A stretch of 64,000 nt of DNA, from NCBI GenBank assembly GCA_963827235.1, contig CAWHAE010000010.1, forward strand, positions 128,001 through 192,000. The letters run 5' to 3'. The translations under genes were made by a program, and so were the position numbers. The first letter of the stretch is position 1, and the number at the start of each line of letters is the position of its first letter. Positions 1 through 9,133 of the stretch are shown one piece after another. The notes below the pieces were generated by a model. It was not told the origin of the DNA. It worked only from the letters and a program-made list of their open reading frames with translations, and did not search any database. The DNA comes from an uncultured bacterium (GTDB taxonomy: Bacteria; Chloroflexota; UBA5177; JANWHV01).

Positions 1-60
1 GGCGAGGGGATCAGGTCGGGTATGCTCGAGCTCGAAGTCGAAGTCCTTACGACGCGACAT
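1..60 (-). CDS. N-terminus of gene downstream of parA (possibly ParB-like), runs off window
   Basis: ATG at 60 on minus strand reads MSRRKDFDFELEHTRPDPLA and overlaps the parA stop; identity inferred from position only. Confidence 0.3.
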   Translation of the reverse strand, partial: MSRRKDFDFELEHTRPDPLA

Positions 61-857
61 CGCTGCTCATGCTTCCGCTGCCGTGAGGCTCGCGGGACGC
101 GATCACGGCACCGAGATCGCGGTAGGCCTGGGCGGGCGCCGACCGCCTGCTATAGAGCGTCACCGGCTGCTTGGTGTTCAGCGCTTCCTGGACGGCGATG
201 CTGTCGGGCACCATGGCGTCGAAGACCAGGGGTCCCCAGGTTCTGCGCATGTGGGCGATCGCCTTCTTGCCCAGGCTGGTGTGACTCTTTACCTGTGCGA
301 GCAGTATGCCTTCGATCATCAGGTTATAGTTGCTCTCCTCGGCCACGTGCTTGACGCTGGCAATGGTCTCGGCCAGGGCATCGCGCGAGGAGCGGTCCTG
401 CGGATTGAGCGGCAGAACGCAGCTGTGCGCGGCCACGAGACAGTTTGTGGTGAGAAAGCCGAGCAGCGGCGGCGCATCGAGCATCACGTAGTCGTAGCCG
501 GCCAGCAGCGCGCGCTCCGCGCGGAGCCGGTCGCGCAGCAGTCGCTCGCGCCCGACGGTCGAGTCCCATATTGAGCTCGATACGCGCCAGGTCGGGATCG
601 GCCGGGATGATGTTGATGTTGGCCAGGCCGCTCGGTCGCACCAGGTCGGCGAGCGACGTGCCGCCGATCAGGGCCGCCGAGAGCAGGTGCTCTCCGGGCC
701 GCACGTCGAGGATGCTGGCAGAGAGGCTGCACTGCGGGTCCAGGTCCACGAGCAGCACGCTCCGGCCCTGCTCGGCGAGCGCACCGGCGAGATTCAGACA
801 GGACGTCGTCTTGCCACAGCCGCCTTTGCGCTGCACAAACGCGATGATTCGTGCCAA
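47..857 (-). CDS. parA: ParA/Soj family ATPase (one frameshift near 570)
   Basis: Deviant Walker A QRKGGCGKTT and VLLVDLDPQ in ORF 324-857; LDAPP and C-terminal half in ORF 47-487. Confidence 0.85.
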
Positions 858-1059
858 GAATACCCCCGGCCGGAGACTCTGTGAGGCGCCCGATCCGGCT
901 AGGCGCGGTCCGTGCCTACACCGCCAACGTACGAGTACAACGGGAGTGTACCATGCCGGGAATGGTGGCCACGCAACACGGTGGTCGCGGCATTTCGTGC
1001 GAATTCACGCCTTGCGCGCTCCGGGACGGTCTGCTACCGTGGTAGCCGTCTGGAGTGAG

Positions 1060-2256
1060 ATGACGCTCGATATCGTGGCCACGGCCGCACAGGTAGCCAG
1101 CATGGCGGACCGGCTGGCGGCCGGAGCCGAACGCATGAGGCCGCTGCCGGAGTTTGCTCAGGCCCTCATGGCTGCGCTGGCATGACCGGCACGAGGATGC
1201 GGTGGGCTATCTGGAGGGGGCGGAGCAGCGGGGCGTGTGGCCGTTTGCGCGTGCCCCTCGAGCCCCTGCTCACCACGCGTGGCGCTCCGCCGATGGCCGA
1301 CGAGTCGGCGGTGATCGCCACCGACGGCAGCCAGATCGACGTCGACAGTCACGGCCTGGTGCACTGCTACCTGATTAACATGGGATGGGCTGCCATCGCT
1401 TACGGGCCGGCTCCCGAAGCCTGGCTGGCCAGCGCTCCAGAAGTGCATTACGACGACCAGGAGCTGTTCACCGTGAGCGAGGACGGCGAGCTGCGCGAAG
1501 CCAGCGATCTGCAGCTCTCCATGCAGCGTGCGGTTGCCGAGATCGAGCAACTGGCGGACGCTGGCCGAGGATTGGCGCACGCGCCCGGGACTGGTTGCCC
1601 TGGCCGACGGCAGTCTGCTGCACTGGGAGCTCGGAGGGAAGGACGCGAACACGGAGCGGGCGCTGCTGTTGCGCCGCTATACGAGCGCGCTGGCGCGCTT
1701 CCGGCTGGCCGGCGTGCCCGTGTGCAGCTACATCAGCAGGCCGAACGCGCGCGAGGTGGCCAATACCGCGGCCCTGCTGGCTTTGCGAGATTGCGAGCGC
1801 GGCAGCCGGGCCCGTTGCGCGCAGTGCGAAGGGCGTCCGGACAGCCTGTGCGAGGCGCTGCGCGTGCTGGCCGATCGGGAGCTGATGGGCCATCTGCGTG
1901 CCGGCGAGAGCTCCGCCCTGTTTCGCAGCCTGTCCCCGGTACTGCAGCGAGTATGCGCCTGAAGACCGGATCGCATTTTGCTATATGCGAAACGAAGCAG
2001 AGATTGGACGCGTCGAGCTGCCGCTCTGGGCGTGCCGGCAGCCGTATCTCGACCGGGTGCTGGCCGCGGTTCACGACCAATGCAGGCGCGGCCGCGGCTA
2101 TCCGGTCGTGCTGATGGAGGCGCACGAGCAGGCGGTGATCCATAGCGGCGGGACGAGAGGCGTTCAGGGAGCTCGTGCTTCGGCGCCCTCAACACGCGCG
2201 GCATGGCGGCGAGCATCTCGAGCAAGCGGCTGAGCAAAGACCAACGCGCAGTGTGA
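1060..2256 (+). CDS. nurA: NurA family nuclease (several frameshifts)
   Basis: Motifs across successive frames: IATDGSQI, CYLINMG, LADGSL, SYISRP, RVELPLW, GYPVVLMEAHEQAVI; RBS GGAG before ATG 1060. Confidence 0.85.
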
Positions 2257-2270
2257 GGGAGAGTGGTCGT

Positions 2271-2900
2271 ATGGAGGCAGGCGACCGGGCGGCAGCCGCC
2301 GCGGCGGGAGAGGTGATCGCGGTTTCGACGACCAGCTTCGAGGCACAGAGCTACGTGCTCAACGACGCTCCGGCCTTCGGCAGTCTGGTGGTTACCAACG
2401 GGCCGGAGGGCCGCACGCATTTCGGACTCTGCAGCGGTACTGCCACGGGAGGCATCGAGCCCGGGCGGCATGCCATGGCCTGGGGAAGCGGAGACGAGGG
2501 TGATGCCGACATCTATGCGCGGCAACCCCAGCTCGCGCACGTGCTGCGCACGACGTTCTCCTGCGTGCTGGTCGGCTACGTCGCAGGCAAACGGCGCCGA
2601 TCGTGCAGAGGGTGCCGCCCCGGCCGCCGCGCGTCCACGAGCGCGTCTGGGTGGCCGACGACGGACGGCGCGCCGGTTCTACGGCGAGCTTGCCTATCTG
2701 CGCTTCCTGCTTCGAGCTGGTGTCGACACCGTGGAAGACCTGATGGCGGCGTCTATCGGACAGGCATACCAGCTTTTCGGCCGCGACCGCGACTTCATGA
2801 TGCGTGCCGGCAGGGTCGTCGCCAGGTTGCTGGCCGGCGACCACGATCGGTTGATGTCCGTTCTGGAGCTGCTCTCCGCCGAGGAGGAAGAGTGCCGTGA
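2271..2900 (+). CDS. Stand-alone HAS-barrel domain protein (frameshifted)
   Basis: GEVIAVSTTSFEAQ...PAFGSLV resembles a HAS-barrel start; helical C-terminal half in frame 2470+; lies between nurA and herA. Confidence 0.65.
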   Translation: MEAGDRAAAAAAGEVIAVSTTSFEAQSYVLNDAPAFGSLVVTNGPEGRTHFGLCSGTATGGIEPGRHAMAWGSGDEGDADIYARQPQLAHVLRTTFSCVLVGYVAGKRRRSCRGCRPGRRASTSASGWPTTDGAPVLRRACLSALPASSWCRHRGRPDGGVYRTGIPAFRPRPRLHDACRQGRRQVAGRRPRSVDVRSGAALRRGGRVP

Positions 2901-4626
2901 GCGAGTACATGCAGTTCTTCCCGGGATCGCGGCAAGCGGAGTGGCGCGTGGCGAGGGATGGCAGGAGCAAGGGGGCACCCGTCTCGCTCGGCATGGTCAC
3001 ACACGGCTCTCTGCTCAAGGGGCTGACGCTGCGACTCGAGGACGGAACGTCGATCGAGTCAATCAGGGTGGGCCGGTTCGTGGTGATCGAAGGGCAGGAG
3101 AACCGCTTCTTCTGCCTCGTCACGGACATGGAATTGGGTTCGGCAAACGAGCGTTTGCTGATCGATCCGCCCGGGCGGAGCACATCCACTGGTGGCGGAG
3201 ATGCTGCAGGACGTGGTGACGTTCGGAACGGTGGCCATTCAGCCGATGCTGATGCTGCCCCGCTCCGGCGCCGAGACGGATGCGGGAGGCTCGCATCTGG
3301 AGCCCGTGCGCACCATACCCGTGCACTTCTCACCCGTGTACGACGCCATGGACGAGGACTTCGCCGAGGTGTTCGGCGCCGAGGACGCGCACGCACTTTG
3401 CCATAGGCAGGCCGCTGAACATGGACATCCCGGTCTGCCTGGATCTGGAGCGGATTGCCGAGCGCAGCAACGGGGTGTTTGGCAAGTCGGGCACCGGCAA
3501 GTCCTTCCTCACACGTACCCTGTTGGCGGGCATGATTCAGCGCAACATCGCCTCCACGCTGGTGTTCGACATGCACTCGGAGTACGGCTGGGAGACGCAG
3601 AGTGAGGAGGGCATGGGCCAGCGCCGCGTGCTCCCGGGACTGCGGCGCCTGTTTGGCGCACGTGTACACGTCTACACGATTGACCCGGAGAGCTCTCGCG
3701 CTCGGGGAGTGGCGACCGACGGCGTGCTCCGCATCGGGCTCAACCAGATCGAGATCGAGGATCTGGCCCTGCTGGCGGACGAGCTGGACTTTTCCGGCGC
3801 CATGCTGGACTCCTGCTACCTGCTGCGCTCGATGTGGGGCAAGGACTGGCTGCACCAGCTGTTGAGCTCCGACCCATCCGCCCTGGCGAACATCGCGGAG
3901 GGCGTGGGCGGCAATCGCAGCTCGCTGGCTGCAGTGTTCCGGAAGCTGTCGCAGATTCGCGACCTCGACTTCATACAGCCGAGCCTGGCACCGGACGAGG
4001 ACAGGCTGCTGGAGCTCATCGGCTGGCTCGAGCGCGGTGAGCACGTGGTGCTGGAATTCGGCCGTTACAGGCGGCCGCTGGTCTACATGCTTGTGGCCAA
4101 CATCATGACGCGACACATCTACGATCTCTGGGTGCGCAAGACCGAACAGTACCTGCTGAGCAAGGACGCGCGCGACGAGCCGCGACGCCTGGTTCTGGTG
4201 ATCGAGGAGGCGCACAAGTTTCTCAATCCGCGCGTGGCCAAGAGCACGAGCTTCGGCACCATCGCGCGGGAGATGCGAAAGTACTACGTCACGCTCCTGG
4301 TGGTCGATCAGCGGCCCAGCGGCATCGATCCGGAAGTGGCGTCGCAGCTCGGCACACGCCTGACGGCCCTGCTCACGGAGGAGAACGACATCAAGGCCGT
4401 GTTCAGCGGCGTCAGCGGCGGCGAGCATCTGAGGGCAGTGCTTTCCAGTCTGGACACGAAGAAGCAGGCGCTCATCCTCGGGCATGCGGTACCGATGCCG
4501 GTCGTGATCAGGACGAGGGAGTACGACGAGGAATTCTTCGAGTCGGTCAGTCCGCGCGGCATCGCGGCGCGGCAGGCGAAGGGCGCCAATCCAGAGCGGG
4601 ATCCGCTGCTGGATGCCTTCGAGTGA
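2897..4626 (+). CDS. herA: HerA family ATPase/helicase (two frameshifts near 3180 and 3390)
   Basis: N-terminal HAS-like region, Walker A GKSGTGKS, FDMHSEY, Walker B LVIEEAH, IAREMRK, DQRPS. Confidence 0.9.
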
Positions 4627-4649
4627 GGTGAGGGGCGGACTCGAGAGCG

Positions 4650-4686
4650 GCGGAAGAGCTCCGGCCAGCGGCCGGAGCTCTTCCGC
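4650..4686. terminator. Perfect 17-bp hairpin between convergent herA and htrA
   Basis: gcggaagagctccggcc-agc-ggccggagctcttccgc. Confidence 0.75.
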
Positions 4687-4708
4687 GTGATTGGGGGGCC
4701 CGGTGGAC

Positions 4709-6061
4709 CTACTGAGAGGGGCGCTTGCCCAGGGTGACGGAGATGGTGATCGTCCTGCCGTCGCGGTCGACGGTCAGCCGCACCTTATCTCCAACGTGAT
4801 ACGTGTCGAGCACGTACTTGAAGTCGTGCTGCTCGTCGATCTGCTGCCCATTCACCGAGGTAACGACATCGTTGACCTTCAGGCCGGCCAGCGCGGCAGG
4901 TGAGCCCTTGCTCACCGAGAGAATGCGGGCGCCGACCGGTCTGCCGCTGGCGCTGGAGACCTGGGGCGAGATGGGATTGTACTCCACGCCCAGGAATGGC
5001 GTGGGGGTGTGGAAAATGATGCGGTCGGCAACGGCCTTGGCCGTGTTGCTGGGTATGGCAAAGCCGAGGCCCTCGGCCTGATCGCCCGACTGCACCAGTC
5101 CGTTGGAGCTCGTGCTGCGCACGACCGCCGTGTTGATTCCGATCACATTGCCGGCCAGGTCGACCAACGGACCGCCGCTGTTGCCGTGGTTGATCGCGGC
5201 ATCGGTCTGGATCAGATTCATCAGCATTTCCTGCCCGGTAGCATCGTTGCCGTTAGGCAGGCTACGTCCGAGGCCGCTGACGATGCCTTCCGTGACCGTG
5301 TTCTGCAGATCGCCCAGGGCGTTGCCGATCGCGATTACCGTCTCGCCGGGCGACAGCTTACTGCTGTCGCCGAAGTGGGCCACGGCGGGCATCTTGCCCG
5401 CGACCTTGATCACCGCTATGTCGTTGGTCGAGTCTCCGCCGACCACAGTGGCATCGCTCGTGGTGCCGTTGGCGAACGTGACCTTGAGGTTCTGAGCCTC
5501 GGAGATCACGTGATAGTTGGTGAGGATGTAGCCGCTCGCGTCGATGATGACGCCGGAGCCGGCGCTGGTCGACTGCGTCGATCCAAAGAGCCCCTGTTGC
5601 GGCTGCTGATTGTTGAGGATGCTGACGACGGCCGGACCGACCTGCTTGACCACGCTGGTCGACAGCGCGCTGACGTCGCCGCTTACGACACGCTCGCTCT
5701 GGAACGTGGGGGCCAGGGATGCGACCTCGGAGGACGAGCTCGAGGAGCCGCCGTCGTTGTGAGCGACGAAGGCACCGGCTCCAGCACCTGCCGCACCGCC
5801 CAAAAGGAGACAGATCGCTGCAAGGGCGGCAACGGCCCGGCCGCGCATGCCTTGCTGGGTCTTGGGTGGGAGGTGGAGTCGCTGGGTCGGCGTCGAGCCC
5901 GCGTAGGGCATGACGGGTTGGGTAGGCGCATCGTGGGCGGGCGCGCTGCCCGCTCGCGGTGCGGCGCCAAAGGCAGCGGAGGCATCCTGCCCGCGATCGC
6001 TTTCGGGCTGCCGCGAAGCGGCGCCAAGGCTGGAGTAATCAGAAGGGTCGTTCACCGACAT
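4709..6061 (-). CDS. htrA: HtrA/DegP family serine protease (TM, trypsin, PDZ)
   Basis: TNYHV, DIAVIK, IQTDAAINHGNSGGPL, C-terminal PDZ; RBS GGGAGA before ATG 6061. Confidence 0.93.
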   Translation of the reverse strand: MSVNDPSDYSSLGAASRQPESDRGQDASAAFGAAPRAGSAPAHDAPTQPVMPYAGSTPTQRLHLPPKTQQGMRGRAVAALAAICLLLGGAAGAGAGAFVAHNDGGSSSSSSEVASLAPTFQSERVVSGDVSALSTSVVKQVGPAVVSILNNQQPQQGLFGSTQSTSAGSGVIIDASGYILTNYHVISEAQNLKVTFANGTTSDATVVGGDSTNDIAVIKVAGKMPAVAHFGDSSKLSPGETVIAIGNALGDLQNTVTEGIVSGLGRSLPNGNDATGQEMLMNLIQTDAAINHGNSGGPLVDLAGNVIGINTAVVRSTSSNGLVQSGDQAEGLGFAIPSNTAKAVADRIIFHTPTPFLGVEYNPISPQVSSASGRPVGARILSVSKGSPAALAGLKVNDVVTSVNGQQIDEQHDFKYVLDTYHVGDKVRLTVDRDGRTITISVTLGKRPSQ

Positions 6062-6253
6062 TGTGCACAGATTCTCCCTGTCTGCAATCTGAGCGGCCGA
6101 GCCGGCCACCAATCTGAGGTGTATTCCAGATTCGATTGTACCGGTGATCTGCGTTCAAGTCAGAGAGTAACGGGGATCATTAAGAAGGCTTAATTCAAGC
6201 AGCTTCTGGAGAGACGGATGTCCAGCCGGCGGCACCGAAACCGGTTTCAGTGT

Positions 6254-7681
6254 TCAGGCGGCCGGCAAGGAGAGCACGACTTCGGTGCCCGTGCCCGGCT
6301 CGCTATTCACTTCGACGTCGCCGTGGTGTGCGTGCATGATCGACTGCACGATCGGCAGGCCGAGCCCGCTGCCGCCCACGCTGGTTGCCGTGCTGGGGCC
6401 TCTGTAGAAGCGCTCGAAAATATGCGGTAGCTCGTCGGCTGGGATGCCGGGTCCCGTGTCGCGCACGTGCACGAGCACCGTGCGCAGCCTGCGCTCCACA
6501 CGCACGTCGACATGACCGCCGATAGGCGTGAACTTCACCGCGTTGAGCAGTACGTTGGAGAGGGCCTGTTGCATCCTGGCGGCATCTGCCTTGGCCAGGA
6601 CCGGGATGTCGGGTGCGTCATAGCCGATCTCGACGCCCTTGCGCTCGCCAGGCAGCCGGGCTTCGTCGACGACCCGAGCGACGAGCGGGCGGACGTCGAC
6701 GCGCTGCACACGTACTTCGGCCAGCCCGGCGTCGAACTTGGAGAGGTCGAGAAGATTCTGGGCGAGCCACTCCAGGCGCTCGATCTGCTGGGCACTCTCG
6801 TGAATGAATTCGTCGCGAATACGCTCGTCTTCCGCGGCGCCTTGGGCAAGCAGGTCGTTGAACGTGCGCAGCGCGGTGATGGGCGTACGCAGCTCGTGAG
6901 ACATGTCGGCAATGAAGGTGCGCAGGGCGTCGCGCTCGGATTCGAGCGTGGCGAAGCTGTCCTGAAGCTGCGAGGCCATGCGGTTGAAGCCCGCGCCAAG
7001 CTCGCCGATCTCGTCGTCGCCGTCCTGCGGCGCTCGAGCATTCAGGTTGCCGCTGCCCAGCCTGCGCGCGGCGTCCGTGAGCGCACGCAACGGTGCGGTG
7101 AGGCCCCTGCCGAGCAGCAGCCCCACGGCTGCTGCCACAGCGGTGGCAATCAGACTGAGCTCGAACACGGCCCTCTGGACGCGTCGCTCGGTGGTCTGCC
7201 GGTAGGTCAGCGGCTCGTCGAGCACTACGGAGCCCAGCGCACTGGTCGCGGAACTGCTCGTGGACGATTCGAGCGACTCGATAGGCCTCGTAGCGCTGAA
7301 CGTGTCGATCGCCGGCCGCGGCGATGTGCCTAAGGGGACGTCCAGGCCGACGTCACTGCAGCCGAGGGTACCGCCCGCCGAATCCACGGCGCAGATCCGA
7401 GCCTGAGTGGCCTGGCTGGCCTCGGCAAGGGCAGTCGCCGGCCGATCGAGCTCGTGGTACAGCAGATCGGCCGCGATAATGGCCCGGCGGTTGACGTCGG
7501 TGGCCACCTGCTGTCGCAAGACCTGGTCGAGACCCTGGGTGATGACCAGGCTCATGAACGTGCAGAGCAGCGCCGCCACGGCCATATACGATAGGGCCAG
7601 AAGCCACTGCAAGCTGTGCAGGAAATGGAAGGCGCGCACAAAACGCCTGAAGGCCGGCAGGAGACTCAAGGACGCGTTCAC
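6254..7681 (-). CDS. HAMP-domain sensor histidine kinase
   Basis: Two TM segments, HAMP, SHELRTP H-box, NAVKF, DTGPGI, GSGLGL. Confidence 0.93.
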   Translation of the reverse strand: MNASLSLLPAFRRFVRAFHFLHSLQWLLALSYMAVAALLCTFMSLVITQGLDQVLRQQVATDVNRRAIIAADLLYHELDRPATALAEASQATQARICAVDSAGGTLGCSDVGLDVPLGTSPRPAIDTFSATRPIESLESSTSSSATSALGSVVLDEPLTYRQTTERRVQRAVFELSLIATAVAAAVGLLLGRGLTAPLRALTDAARRLGSGNLNARAPQDGDDEIGELGAGFNRMASQLQDSFATLESERDALRTFIADMSHELRTPITALRTFNDLLAQGAAEDERIRDEFIHESAQQIERLEWLAQNLLDLSKFDAGLAEVRVQRVDVRPLVARVVDEARLPGERKGVEIGYDAPDIPVLAKADAARMQQALSNVLLNAVKFTPIGGHVDVRVERRLRTVLVHVRDTGPGIPADELPHIFERFYRGPSTATSVGGSGLGLPIVQSIMHAHHGDVEVNSEPGTGTEVVLSLPAA

Positions 7682-7700
7682 GTGCAAGGCCCTCCTCGCG

Positions 7701-8396
7701 TCATCCCGCGAACTTGTAGCCGACTCCGCGCACCGTGATGATGTGGGCCGGATCGTCCGGCTGGTCTTCAATTTTCTCACGCAGGTGGCGTACGTGCACG
7801 TTCACGGTCTTCTCGTCGCCGACGAAGTTGTCGTAGTCCCATACCTGGCGCAGGAGCTGATCGCGAGTGAAGACGATACCGGGGTGCCGAGCAAGGTAGG
7901 CGAGGAGCTCAAACTCGGTCGTGGTGAGCTCGACGCGCCTTTCGCCTCTGTACACTCGTCTCCGTTCGAGATCGATGTGCAGCGTACCGGCGTGCAGCTG
8001 GCTCTGGCGCCCGTCCGCGGCGGCCAGCGTGCCGTAGGCCCGGCGCAGCAGGGCTCGAACACGCGATACGAGCTCCCGTACGCTGAACGGCTTCGTCATG
8101 TAGTCGTCGGCACCCAGCTCCAGTCCGAGCACCTTGTCGATCTCCTCCACCCGTGCGGTCAGCATGAGGATGGGAAAGGTATGCGCCCTGCGCAGCTCAC
8201 GGCAGACGTCGAAGCCGCTCATGCCGGGAAGGCGAACGTCGAGTATGGCCAGCTCCGGCGTGCGCTCCTCGACCAGCTTGAGCGCCTCTTCCCCGGTACG
8301 AGCAATGGCTACCGTCCACCCCTCCTGCAGCAGAGCATACTGGAGGCCTCGCGCCACTGCCGCTTCGTCCTCGACGACCAGTATATGCTCAGCCAT
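7701..8396 (-). CDS. OmpR/PhoB family response regulator
   Basis: ILVVEDE, LDVRLP, GADDYMTKPF, winged-helix end TVRGVGYKF. Confidence 0.95.
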   Translation of the reverse strand: MAEHILVVEDEAAVARGLQYALLQEGWTVAIARTGEEALKLVEERTPELAILDVRLPGMSGFDVCRELRRAHTFPILMLTARVEEIDKVLGLELGADDYMTKPFSVRELVSRVRALLRRAYGTLAAADGRQSQLHAGTLHIDLERRRVYRGERRVELTTTEFELLAYLARHPGIVFTRDQLLRQVWDYDNFVGDEKTVNVHVRHLREKIEDQPDDPAHIITVRGVGYKFAG

Positions 8397-8623
8397 CTTC
8401 AGCTCCCGGCGCCTCGGTATTCCGAGACTGATGGTAACGTCGGCGGGGACTGCACGCAATTGCCCAGCCCTTCCCCACACCGCCTGTATGCTGGAATGGT
8501 CCGATACGGACACGGCGTGGTTCTTGCGCTTTCATGTATCATTAACCTTGTAAGTATAGCTATAAAGATTTGGCAGCTGCGCAGGGCACACCAGACGAGC
8601 GAGGGAATCCGAGGAGAGACGAG

Positions 8624-9061
8624 ATGCGCGTGCGGTATCGATTGGTCACATATCCAGCCAGTCCCGCGGCAGAACAACAGGACATGGAGCGGCTCTTCCA
8701 CGAGCTCTGGCACGTGCGCAAGCGGCTGATGGCGCCGGCGGCCGAGTGGCGGCCGCGCACGGACGTGTACGAGACGGCCGAGAACGTCTTCGTCAAGATG
8801 GAGCTGGCCGGAGTGCCCGAAGACGCCATTGAAATGACACTCTACGCAGACCACGTCGTGGTCACGGGGACGCGAGAAGACAGCCAGCTCGAAGGCGCAC
8901 GCGACCCGGCCGCGGACAAGCTCCTGGCCTTTTACGAAGCGCAAATCAGCTATGGGCCGTTCCGCCTGGAGGTTCGTCTGCCAAGAAAGGTGGACAGCGA
9001 GCGGGTGACGGCGGAGCTCGAGAACGGTTTCCTGACCATAACCCTCCCCCGGGCGATGTAG
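8624..9061 (+). CDS. Hsp20/alpha-crystallin small heat shock protein
   Basis: WRPRTDVYET, ELAGV, YGPFRLEVRLP, ENGFLTITLP. Confidence 0.9.
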   Translation: MRVRYRLVTYPASPAAEQQDMERLFHELWHVRKRLMAPAAEWRPRTDVYETAENVFVKMELAGVPEDAIEMTLYADHVVVTGTREDSQLEGARDPAADKLLAFYEAQISYGPFRLEVRLPRKVDSERVTAELENGFLTITLPRAM

Positions 9062-9133
9062 CGAGGCGAGCCGACGGAGTGCTAGAAGAATCGACGGGTG
9101 GGCCGGCATGCGCGCCGTCCTGGGTGAAGGGCA

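Noticed and set aside
2897-4626. HerA as an anti-phage system (Sir2-HerA, DUF4297-HerA)
   Set aside because: Partner is NurA in a housekeeping context; no Sir2 or other effector present
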